Source: an uncultured Methanosarcinaceae archaeon
GTDB lineage: Archaea > Halobacteriota > Methanosarcinia > Methanosarcinales > Methanosarcinaceae
Reading direction: 5' to 3'
DNA length: 64,000 bases
NCBI GenBank assembly: GCA_963847185.1
Contig: CAWJYV010000008.1
Coordinates: 992,001-1,056,000 of the forward strand
The first letter of the stretch is position 1, and every line of letters starts with the position of its first letter. Positions 32,201 through 41,011 of this stretch are shown here, one piece after another. The notes under the pieces were generated by a model, which was not told where the DNA came from, did not search any database, and saw only the letters and a list, made by a program, of their open reading frames with translations. Both the position numbers and the translations under genes were made by a program.

Positions 32201-33168
32201 TAGACCTTGAGCTTGAATCTGAAAGACTTAGAAATCTGGAACAGCTTAAATTAAAATCCAAAGAGCTGGAGATCGAAATTAAAAATACCCTGAACAGGCA
32301 CGAGGGAGACAGAAAAGAACTTACAACCTTCCTGGCTGCAGGCTGGGCCGAAACCGAAGACCAATTTTTTGAAAATGCAAGAATCTGGGAGCAAAGTACC
32401 GGACTCAAAAGCAGGATTTACGAGGCGGAACAGCAAATCAGGAGGATTTCAGGGGATGGGGAAAAGTATGAGGCTTTTGTTGAAGAGCTTCAGAACACGG
32501 ATCCCATTACTCTGCAAGAAGAAAGACAGAGGCTTGAGGAATGCCTTAAAGACCTGGACCAGAAAATATCTGAAGAAATGGACAGCCGCGGAGCAATAAG
32601 AAATCAGATCGAGCAGCTTGAACATGAAGACGGAGGTTCTTTAACCCGACTCATGAAAGAGGGTCTGCTTGAGGAACTTCACGAGAAATCAAGAGACTGG
32701 GCATCCCTTGTGCTCGCAAGAAAAATACTTGAAAAAGCTGTTGAAGTTTACGAAAAAGAAAGGCAGCCTGCAGTTATTATTGAAGCTCAAGCTTTTTTCT
32801 CAAAGATTACAGGGGGCAGATACGCGCGGATTTATTCTCCTCTTAATTCGTCTCAAATTTACGTTGAAGATAGAGAAGGCCGTCAGAAGACTGTTACAGA
32901 GCTTAGCCGCGGGACAGCCGAACAACTTTATCTCTCGCTAAGATTTGGTTTTATAAGAGAGTTTGAAAGACATTCGGAACCTCTACCTATTGTTTTTGAT
33001 GACATACTTGTAAACTTCGATCCCGAACGCTGCAGCAAGACCTGTGAAGCTATAAAAGACCTGGCAACAACCAACCAGATTTTCTACTTTACCTGTCACC
33101 CCGAAACTGTAGATATGCTTTCAGAAAGATTCCCTGAATGCCGGGTCGTTGATCTTGATAAAATTTAA
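29287..33168 (+). CDS. YhaN-like SMC/Rad50-type coiled-coil ATPase with central hydrophobic hairpin
   Basis: GANEAGKST Walker A, LSRGTAEQLYLSLR signature, FDDILVNFD Walker B/D-loop, FTCH; overlaps the upstream nuclease gene. Confidence 0.9.
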   Translation: MKINALHIDGFGKFSGLSIEDLPSGLVVYKGANEAGKSTLFTFIRRMFFGIPNNRSCNLYLPLEGGQHGGRLIVNNSYGERCVIERNTSRKDEVKVRLPDGTEGGRIELLKLLDHADRSVFENIYAFGLEELQSFETLNDQSINSKLYCAGTGIGVSISEVLDSISSRESNLYKLKGSKPRINELFREIGEIQKKITEIEEVQKKYDSLHFELEQKSRLIEELKGKSQKVKRKSDHIQSLFSVWENWRALQESGTSLRELPELKSFPEKGEETVLKLQEKLKELKEAISDLQQELEKNGIRQRDIQIDEKLLGKKNEILELAGGVEKYRSECKTFPVLEINLKEEKAEFSERLLELGPSWNENILNNFDRSIPAKEAIIQMQKAIENAESEIKEKRSELVQVLRSLEKCLKENNGFDERFLMHKDIIAELGNGIAKYRADRDFLLSGEQELNAKRIEFHEIISGLGSGWDEETLNLFDHSISTRENIVQKRKEIEDSARIIERIRDRMEEAVKEIDELREEIESLEEKLNSHSILPSYEKIKQELEAVSYLRAKYPLLKEKEAELKNLEKDLEKDARLFATLRPGNVTGSEGKLPLWPAGMILVSGGIGLVYEYMNDSLLPGVVIFLLLFATSVAYVLTVTKKSPVSSSLSSPLPAQQEESVAENRRAQGLKEQLSKELIFLKDSMKIKAKRCGFEEIPDPSVLERKADELQNTKEELRAASELRLQQERLQKKLDRLNSSYFSLENTLNAEKRKEEEKFQGWRQQLVSFGLNPALSTENVLEIFSSIRTCLEKQKTIKELEKQVKLKEEAVAKYEKESQDVLKACGKPVMGAGLENEIAKLREEVNIAFNQAERGKKLEAEAEVLKKKKEELEDQLLQEEKERAELSNNWSKWLVSCGLDPSLSVESVIGIFSGIRICFDKQRSIRKLEEQIASGRTSIKAYETKVSGILQECSRSVSGVSFDTEVEKLRLDLELESERLRNLEQLKLKSKELEIEIKNTLNRHEGDRKELTTFLAAGWAETEDQFFENARIWEQSTGLKSRIYEAEQQIRRISGDGEKYEAFVEELQNTDPITLQEERQRLEECLKDLDQKISEEMDSRGAIRNQIEQLEHEDGGSLTRLMKEGLLEELHEKSRDWASLVLARKILEKAVEVYEKERQPAVIIEAQAFFSKITGGRYARIYSPLNSSQIYVEDREGRQKTVTELSRGTAEQLYLSLRFGFIREFERHSEPLPIVFDDILVNFDPERCSKTCEAIKDLATTNQIFYFTCHPETVDMLSERFPECRVVDLDKI

Positions 33169-33173
33169 AAAAC

Positions 33174-33280
33174 AAGTTTGAGAAATGAAGTTTGAGAAAG
33201 AAAGTTTGAAAAAGAAAGTTTGAAAAAGAAAGTTTGAAAAAGAAAGTTTGAAAAATGAGTTTGAAAAATGAGTTTAAAAA
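33174..33280. repeat. ~14-bp intergenic tandem repeat AAGTTTGAAAAAGA, about 8 copies
   Basis: Visible directly between convergent genes. Confidence 0.85.
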
Positions 33281-33316
33281 AAGCTCGATACGAACTGTGT
33301 AAAAGGAAAATAGGCC

Positions 33317-34045
33317 TCAGGCAGTTTTCAATAATTTTTCAAGTTTTTGAATTCTATTAAGCTGTTTGAAAAGATAACGGCTATAATCCAATTCTGAACC
33401 TATGGAATCCATTTTTACTTTGATTTTTTCCCTTGAAGGATGCATTATCCAGTTCCTGAATCTGTCAAGTCCGCCGAATTGTTCAATATCTCTGATTGAT
33501 AAATCATGTTCCTGCTTGAAGGAATCATAATTTTTTAGAGCTACCAGATAATCATAAAAACTGCACTCCTCAAAAACAGACATCTCATATTCTTTCTTTT
33601 GGATTCTGCATTTTGGCTTTGCAATCTTTATAAATTCAGCTTCAGACATTCTTTCTTTAAAGAAGAGCTTCATCTGGGTTTCCAACCTGTAAAGCAATAG
33701 ATAAAAGAATACTCTGACAGCGCCTTTTCTTAGATCTGCAGCAGTAATTATCCCTACAACATCAGCATGAATTACAAAAAAGAAAGAGCTTCTATCCAGC
33801 ATTTTGATTAAAGAGATTATATCCAGGTCTTTTGAAACTATTTTATCTGGCAAAATGTAGTATTCTTTTGAGTACCTGCTGTCAAAATATTTAATAATGC
33901 TTCCATCCTCATTTTTAACAGGAAAAATAGTTATCTCTTTGTGCAACTCAGAATCTTGAGGATAAAAATAGAAGTCATCTTTTGGAGTCATTATCTGTTC
34001 TACGGTTAAACCCCTGTGAATTTGCTCAAATATATCATCATTCAC
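33317..34045 (-). CDS. CBS-domain protein with C-terminal HEPN-like RxxxxH motif
   Basis: LTVEQIMTP and VVGIITAADL (CBS); LYRLETQMK helix and RNWIMH; GTG start with AGGTG RBS. Confidence 0.6.
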   Translation of the reverse strand: MNDDIFEQIHRGLTVEQIMTPKDDFYFYPQDSELHKEITIFPVKNEDGSIIKYFDSRYSKEYYILPDKIVSKDLDIISLIKMLDRSSFFFVIHADVVGIITAADLRKGAVRVFFYLLLYRLETQMKLFFKERMSEAEFIKIAKPKCRIQKKEYEMSVFEECSFYDYLVALKNYDSFKQEHDLSIRDIEQFGGLDRFRNWIMHPSREKIKVKMDSIGSELDYSRYLFKQLNRIQKLEKLLKTA

Positions 34046-34597
34046 TTAAAACACCTAATTTTACCGACATCATTTTGAAAGGAGTAGGTTTCTTAGCTTA
34101 AATAGTACATAATAATATGGTATCTCCGAGGCAGTACAGCAATTTCTTGATATGCCCATTGAAAAGAAATGATACTTAACTTTGCTAAATGTATTAATCT
34201 GATTAATTAAAGTCTTACAGATAGGATTGGATAGAATTTATATATTTTTAGTGCAAAGGATCTGGCAAGTGCTACTCATGGTAACAGTATAAAAAGGTAA
34301 ATGTTATTTATGCCTTTCAAAAGAGCAACTTTCCATAACTCATAATCAAAAGTTTAAAGTCTCTTCTTTTCAAATTGGACTTTCCAATAAGTCAGGCCTC
34401 AAGTCACAGGTACCTTTCCCTACCCAAGCATCTTTCTTCTAATCTGTTATTGGCTCACGAAGACTTTGGTAATGTCCAGGCCCAAATTCAAGATCAAAGA
34501 GTATGAAGAGAAGAGGAAAAAGGGAAAAGAATAGGAAAAGAAGGAAAATATACTGACAAGATCAGATATTAGGACGGGTATATAAATAGATTTCACT

Positions 34598-34646
34598 CAA
34601 AGAAAAGCTGAAGGTAGAGACATGTCTCCCCTTCCAGAGAAAAAAC
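34598..34646 (-). terminator. Hairpin plus U-tract after Gly-rich gene 1
   Basis: Minus strand CTGGAAGGGGAGA-CATG-TCTCTACCTTCAG-CTTTTCTTT; a homologous sequence follows Gly-rich gene 2 (35175-35232). Confidence 0.55.
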
Positions 34647-35096
34647 TCAAGCACCACCGGATGCTCCACCAGAGGCTCCGCCTGATGCACCACCGGAACC
34701 ACCATAGACTACTCCACCAGTAGCTATACCAGACGAACCGCCGCCAGAAGCTCCGCCAGAAGCGCCACCGGAACCACCATAGACTACTCCACCAGTAGCT
34801 GCACCAGATAAACCGCCGCCAGAAGACCCACCACGAGCTCCAGCAGATGAACCACCGCCAGAAGACCCAGCAGTAGCTTCACCAGATGAGCCGCCGCCAG
34901 AAACCTCACCACGAGCTCCAGCAGATGAATCACAACAGACTATCCCACCAGTAGCTTCACCAGATGAACCGCTACCAAAAATAGGAACTTTAATAGATTC
35001 TGCACTTAATGTAGCAGCTGCCACTAACATAACAAAAAAGACTACTGTGGAGATGCACAGCACCCTTTTTATTCTGTCAATCGCTTGTTTTCTCAT
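34647..35096 (-). CDS. Secreted Gly/Ser/Ala-rich protein 1
   Basis: GGGGATGG RBS, signal MRKQAIDRIKRVL…TLSA, repeats GGGSSGxATGG and GGAS. Confidence 0.8.
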   Translation of the reverse strand: MRKQAIDRIKRVLCISTVVFFVMLVAAATLSAESIKVPIFGSGSSGEATGGIVCCDSSAGARGEVSGGGSSGEATAGSSGGGSSAGARGGSSGGGLSGAATGGVVYGGSGGASGGASGGGSSGIATGGVVYGGSGGASGGASGGASGGA

Positions 35097-35232
35097 TTGT
35101 CCATCCCCTATTATTTGACTTTTATACTTACCTTTTGAAAGCAAAGCGAATTGAGTTATAACTATTTACTGCGCCAAAGAAAAAGCTGGAGGTGGAGAAA
35201 ATCTCCCCTTCCTCCCCTTCCAGAGAAGAAAC

Positions 35233-36226
35233 TCAAGCGCCGCCAGAGGCTCCACCAGAGCCCGCCACGAGCGCCACCGGAACCGCCAGAACCGCCACCG
35301 GATGCTCCACCAGAAGCTCCACCGGAACCACCAAAGCCGCCGCCGCCGGAAGCACCACCAGAAGCTCCACCAGAACCGCCGGAACCGCCACCGGATGCTC
35401 CACCAGAAGCTCCACCGGAACCACCAAAGCCGCCGCCGCCGGAAGCACCACCAGAAGCTCCACCAGAACCGCCGGAACCGCCACCGGAGGCTCCACCAGA
35501 AGCTCCACCGGAACCACCAAAGCCGCCGCCGCCGGAAGCACCACCAGAAGCTCCACCAGAACCGCCGGAACCGCCACCAGATGCTCCACCAGAGGCTCCA
35601 CCGGAACCGCCAAAACCGCCACCACCTGAAGCACCACCAGAGGCTCCACCGGAACCACCAAAGCCGCCGCCACCAGATGCTCCACCAGAGGCTCCACCGG
35701 AACCACCAAAGCCGCCGCCGCCAGAGGCTCCGCCAGAAGCTCCACCGGAACCACCAAAGCGGCCACCAAAGCGGCCACCAAAGCGGCCACCGGGACCGCC
35801 ACCACCAGAAGCGCCACCAGAAGCTCCACCGGAACCGCCGAAGAAGCCGCCACCGCCAGAAGCGCCACCAGAAGCTCCACCGGAACCGCCGAAGAAGCCG
35901 CCACCGCCAGAAGCGCCACCAGAAGCTCCACCGGAACCACCAGGACCGCCACCGCCAGAAGCGCCACCAGAAGCTCCACCGGAACCACCAGGACCGCCAC
36001 CGCCAGAAGCGCCACCAGAAGCTCCACCGGAACCGCCAGGACCGCCACCGCCAGAAGCGCCACCAGAAGCTCCACCGGAACCGCCAGGACCGCCACCACC
36101 AGAAGCACCACCAGAGGCTCCACCGGATTGAGCACATACTGCCTCAGCTGCCACTGATATTACAAAAAAGGCTACTACGCAAAAGCACAGCATCTTTTTC
36201 ATTCTATCAAGCGTTTGTCTTCCCAT
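35233..36226 (-). CDS. Secreted Gly-rich protein 2, (GGASGGASGGGG[F/P]GGS)n, with a +1 frameshift about 9 codons before the natural stop
   Basis: Signal MGRQTLDRMKKML…AVCA; removing one G at 35261-35263 gives …GGASGGA* at 35233, the same ending and 3' flank as paralog 1. Confidence 0.75.
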
Positions 36227-36661
36227 TTAATCACTCCCCATATATTGTTATTAGTTAGATACAATTTCAGATGGTAATTTTCGCTCAATTCCCGTTGGCA
36301 AATGCAACTCATAGATAAAGGCATAGATAATTTGTTACTCATTCATTTAGATATATTTTTTAAAGATTATTGAATTGACAAATCACATTTTTTGCTATTT
36401 GTTAAGCATTTGCACCCTACAGCAAGCGATTTCGAATTGTACCACTAAGTAATAACTATCCAGAATACATAATAACTTGAGAAATATAAATAAGAAACCA
36501 ATATTAATCAAAACAAGATGTTATTTAGTCTAGGTTTCCACATGTTGTTTAAAATCTATATAAATATAATATTTAAATATTAAAAAAGGAACATCATAAA
36601 GATGAAGAACGTCAACTTTAATCTACATAGCTAATCATAAAAATAAGCAGTAAAAGATGAT

Positions 36662-37894
36662 TTACTGCTCTGAAGACCCGCTAAATAACGAATCATCTGA
36701 CATATTTTTTCCGTTAATGTTTACGTCATTGCCTGAGACGGTATTACCGTTGCCTCCCATATTGACGCCATTGCCTGAGACGGTATTACCGTCGCCCCCA
36801 ATATTGACGCCATTGCCTGAGACGGTATTACCGTCGCCCTCCATATTGACGCTTTTACCGCCTACATCACCAGAAGTAGCACTGCCAACACTATTTCCAT
36901 TGCCTCTAATATTGATACCATCACCGCCTACGCCACCAGAAGTAGCACTGCCAACACTATTACCACTACCATCAATATTGACACCTTTACCTCCTACACC
37001 TCCAGAAGTAGCACTGCCAACACTATTATCACTGCCACCAATATTGATGCCGTCACCACCTACACCTCCAGAAGTAGCGCTGCCAGCAATATTACCGCTG
37101 CCACCAATATTGACACCTTTACCACCTACTCCACCAGTAGCTCCTCCGGAAGCACCACTGCCAATGACGTCACCAGAAACACCGCCTGTAGCACTGCCAG
37201 CAATATTGCCGCTACCTCCAATATTGGTTCCGTCGCCACCTACTCCACCAGTAGCTCCACCGGATGCACCACTGCCAATAACGTCGCCAGAGATACCGCC
37301 TGTAGCACTACCGGCAATATTACCGCTACCTCCAATATTTATACCTTTACCACCTACGCCACCGGTAGCTCCGCCGGATGCACCACTGCCAATAACGTCA
37401 CCAGAAACACCGCCTGTAGCACTACCAGCAATATTGTTTCGGCCACCAATATTGATGCCGTCGCCGCCTACACCACCGGTAGCTCCGCCGGATGCACCAC
37501 TGCCAATAACGTCGCCAGAGATACCGCCTGTAGCACTACCAGCAATATTGTTTCGACCATCAACATTGATACCTTTACCACCTACGCCACCGGTAGCTCC
37601 GCCAGATGCACCACTGCCAATAACGTCACCAGAGATACCGCCTGTAGCACTGCCAGCAATATTACCACTGCCACAAACATTGATACCTTTACCACTTACT
37701 CCACCAGTAGCTCCACCGGATGCACCACTGCCAATAACGTCACCAGAGATACCGCCTGTAGCACTGCCAGCAATATTACCGTGACCTTTAAAAGGAACTG
37801 CATTTACTGTTGCAGCTGTAACTGATATTACAAGAAAGGTCAATAGCAAAATAGCCAAAATCTTTTTTAATCCGTCAAACGTCTGCTTCCCCAT
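36662..37894 (-). CDS. Secreted Gly/Asn/Ile-rich repeat protein 3 (38-aa, then 21- and 14-aa repeats)
   Basis: Signal MGKQTFDGLKKIL…TVNA; repeat NIAGSATGGISGDVIGSGASGGATGGVGGKGINIGGSG. Confidence 0.8.
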   Translation of the reverse strand: MGKQTFDGLKKILAILLLTFLVISVTAATVNAVPFKGHGNIAGSATGGISGDVIGSGASGGATGGVSGKGINVCGSGNIAGSATGGISGDVIGSGASGGATGGVGGKGINVDGRNNIAGSATGGISGDVIGSGASGGATGGVGGDGINIGGRNNIAGSATGGVSGDVIGSGASGGATGGVGGKGINIGGSGNIAGSATGGISGDVIGSGASGGATGGVGGDGTNIGGSGNIAGSATGGVSGDVIGSGASGGATGGVGGKGVNIGGSGNIAGSATSGGVGGDGINIGGSDNSVGSATSGGVGGKGVNIDGSGNSVGSATSGGVGGDGINIRGNGNSVGSATSGDVGGKSVNMEGDGNTVSGNGVNIGGDGNTVSGNGVNMGGNGNTVSGNDVNINGKNMSDDSLFSGSSEQ

Positions 37895-38558
37895 TAGCCA
37901 CACCATCTAAATTCTTACTAAAATTTTTCAATTTTAAAACTGTTTTTTTTCGCATTAATTTCTCAATTTGCATCATTGCAACTAATCTGACCCGCATTCT
38001 AGTTTACTTGCAAGAAATAAACGAAAAGTACTGCGAAAAAAAGATCAGATGCAAACAAGCAAATGTCTAGAATCTCATATTTTATTGGAAATTAAGGACA
38101 TTATTACTCATAATATCAATATATATTCGAATAAATTTTTTATTTTTTTATATTTTGTTTATATTTTAAGATTAATTTACTTAATAAATAAAAGAATTAA
38201 ATAAATTAATCAAAAAATTTTATTTTTATTGATAATAGACAAAATATCTAAATTATATAAGATGTATAGAAAAGAATATACTTAATTTTAATAATGTTTA
38301 AAAAAGTTTTTACTAAATTATTTTGTATAAAAATAGTCAAATGTAACCTGGTGGATTTGTACCAAAATGATGAAACTTGCTCTACTCGTAAAGAGCAGTT
38401 CTAGAACTTCTCAGAACGTTTTTTCTGAACATTTATTCCTAAAAATATATGCCCTTAGAAAAGAAACGATACTATAATTGCCAAATATGCTTTTAATAAG
38501 ATTTGAATCCATTCGAACGGAATATTAAATACATTTTTAAGTTGGGGGTATCAGGAAA

Positions 38559-38963
38559 ATGTTATTAATGGACATAGTAATGTGGGAACCGAAAGACTCC
38601 GAAAAAGTCGCGGAGCTCTATGCGAATTATAAATATCCGGAGAATATAAAAGTGCTCAATGAATGGTTTGACCTTACGGGATACCGCTTTTTCATAATTT
38701 ACGAAACTGATGACGAAAAAGCGTATGCATCTTCGGTTCTTCCTTTTATGGGATCCTGCTGGTTTGAAACATTTCCGGTTATGAAAGCAGAAGAATATAT
38801 CCAGCTAGCTCAGAAGCTGACTGAAGAAATGGGAGTTAAAAAAACCGGATCTGAAGAGACCAAGGGGTCTACAGGAGAAGTCCTGGAGCAAATTGAAAAT
38901 CTTGAAAAAAGAGTCGAACGTCTGGAACATCACTCCTTTGTCCAGCAGGAAGATACGACCTGA
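38559..38963 (+). CDS. DUF3303-family protein with C-terminal coiled coil
   Basis: MLLMDIVMWEP…EWFDLTGYRFFIIYE…ETFPVM. Confidence 0.65.
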   Translation: MLLMDIVMWEPKDSEKVAELYANYKYPENIKVLNEWFDLTGYRFFIIYETDDEKAYASSVLPFMGSCWFETFPVMKAEEYIQLAQKLTEEMGVKKTGSEETKGSTGEVLEQIENLEKRVERLEHHSFVQQEDTT

Positions 38964-39321
38964 AGATCTTCAAAACACGGTTAAGAATCGGACCTTAAGG
39001 GCCGATTGGATCTTAAGGCCCAGATTCACGAAAAACCTGGCATTAATGAAGCATATCAATTTTTCTTCTATTATTTTATCATTTAAAAGAGAACCAGATG
39101 AATAATAATAAAACAATAACTTTACATAGAATATTGTACATTCAAAAAGATGATCATTGCAGCCATTTTATAATAAGTTGAATTTCACTGGACAGATTTT
39201 TTATTCCTGATTTTTTGATTGATGGCTGTCAATTGTCAGCGAAATCAACCCTAAATTTTGACTATCCCAGAATAGATTAAAGAATCTAAAAGGGAAAAAT
39301 TGGATAAATTGGAGGAGTAGG

Positions 39322-39819
39322 ATGAATAAACAATATTTACCATTTTTTGCTGCAATTATTATTGCGCTTCTAGTAATTGCACCGGGCATTGCAGGGGCAG
39401 ATTCTAAGACTCAGTTTAGTTGCCCAACCGGATATCAGAATGTGACTGCCATTCAAGCTGAAAAAATTCTCGAAAAAGGAAATGTCTACCTTCTTGACGT
39501 TCGTATCCCTGCTGAATACAACTATACGCATATAGAAGGAGCAAAATTGATACCATTAAGAAATGCTTTCGGGTCAAACTTAAATCCAAGTACATTTTTG
39601 GAAAACAGGACAGTTGAATTGCCAAAGAACAAGAACACAAAGATAGTTGTTTACTGCAAGAGTGGAACCAGAAGTGCTCCAGCATGCGATTTCCTGGTAA
39701 AAATCGGTTACAAAAAGGTCTATAACATGCAGGGTGGCATTACTGAATGGGTAAAGACAGGATATCCGGTTATAGTGGACCCTACTTTCTGGACAGCTAA
39801 TTACCCGACAAAAGCATAA
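39322..39819 (+). CDS. Secreted rhodanese-domain protein
   Basis: Signal peptide; LLDVR..EY…HIEGA, CKSGTRS active-site loop, MQGGITEW. Confidence 0.88.
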   Translation: MNKQYLPFFAAIIIALLVIAPGIAGADSKTQFSCPTGYQNVTAIQAEKILEKGNVYLLDVRIPAEYNYTHIEGAKLIPLRNAFGSNLNPSTFLENRTVELPKNKNTKIVVYCKSGTRSAPACDFLVKIGYKKVYNMQGGITEWVKTGYPVIVDPTFWTANYPTKA

Positions 39820-40209
39820 CAACATAGGCAATATTTTAGACTGAATTTAGACTGTATTAACTGTATCAACTGACTTAAACGGATTTTCAAATTCAGAAGG
39901 CGCATTTAACTCAGACTAATATGCATCTAATTGGTATTTATGTACAAATACTAAGTAGAACGATATCAATAGCCAACTCAGCTATAATTTAATCGGTTAA
40001 CTTTTGGTAACGATTTCTTTAACGTTGGTTATTGACTAATTTTTTCAGTTATTCGTATTTAGCCATCAAAAATTTTGAAAATTCAAGGAATCTCTTTGAG
40101 AACTCAAGAAATAATCACGAAATGACAGACATTTCTAAATTACGAAGACTCATAATTGAGAATCTCATGAAAAGAATTCGAGGATATGAACCATAATCAC
40201 GTATGGAGT

Positions 40210-40707
40210 TTATTTTTCAAGAGCGCTTTCAAACCTTTCCTGATTCATCCGGTAGATGTGCCACCCTTCTACAGGGCTTCCCCCCAGGTATTCATAGAAC
40301 TCTCTTGCAGGGTTCCAGTCAAGAACTGCCCATTCCATCCTTCCGCAGTTCCTTTCTTTTGCCAGCTTTACGCAGTGCAGGAACATTGCCTTTCCTATTC
40401 CTTTTCCGCGAAACTCTGGCTTTACAAAAATATCTTCAATATAAAGGCCCTGTTTCCCTACAAAAGTAGAGAAATTATGGAAAAAGACCGTAAAACCTGC
40501 AGGAACCCCCTCCAGTTCAGCAAAAAAAACCTCAGCATAGGGCTTCTCGCCGAACATGGATTTCATCAGGCTTTCTTCGGTTGCTGTAACCAGATGGGAA
40601 AGGTTTTCAAACTCGGCAATGCCTTTGACGAACTCAAGAATTAGAGGAACGTCTTTTTTCTCTGCAGTGCGAATCTTTAAACCGGTATTTATTTCAGTCT
40701 CTGCCAT
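40210..40707 (-). CDS. GNAT acetyltransferase (spermidine/diamine N-acetyltransferase-like)
   Basis: FHNFSTFVGKQGLYIEDIFV.PEFRGKGIG, MEWAVLDWN. Confidence 0.9.
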   Translation of the reverse strand: MAETEINTGLKIRTAEKKDVPLILEFVKGIAEFENLSHLVTATEESLMKSMFGEKPYAEVFFAELEGVPAGFTVFFHNFSTFVGKQGLYIEDIFVKPEFRGKGIGKAMFLHCVKLAKERNCGRMEWAVLDWNPAREFYEYLGGSPVEGWHIYRMNQERFESALEK

Positions 40708-41011
40708 TTTTTATTCCTTTTTGAGTTGATAAGTTAAGATGATCATAGTAGAATTAATAATGGAATAATAATGGAATTGATAGATTGATTTTCGGTAGAT
40801 TGATTTTCCTCGATTTCATGCCACAAGTTATAATGAGGTTGAATTAATTAACCTGATTTCGAGCTTCAATTTATGATGAGGCAAATTAGTTTTCATTTCA
40901 CACTGCAAGTACATAAGTGCTGTTAGCTTAAAGATAGTCTTTAATTTAATTTATAGAAACAGATGTATTAATAATAAATAAATTCAAAGCCAAATCAAAG
41001 TTTTGTTTAAA

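Noticed and set aside
35151-36258. Long alternative ORFs (Pro-rich, His/Arg-rich, Trp/Arg-rich, Val/Leu-rich) over Gly-rich gene 2
   Set aside because: Shadow frames of a stop-poor GC repeat; only the Gly-rich frame has an RBS, the shared signal peptide and a paralogous terminator
36657-37784. 375-aa Pro-rich plus-strand ORF
   Set aside because: Antisense shadow of repeat protein 3
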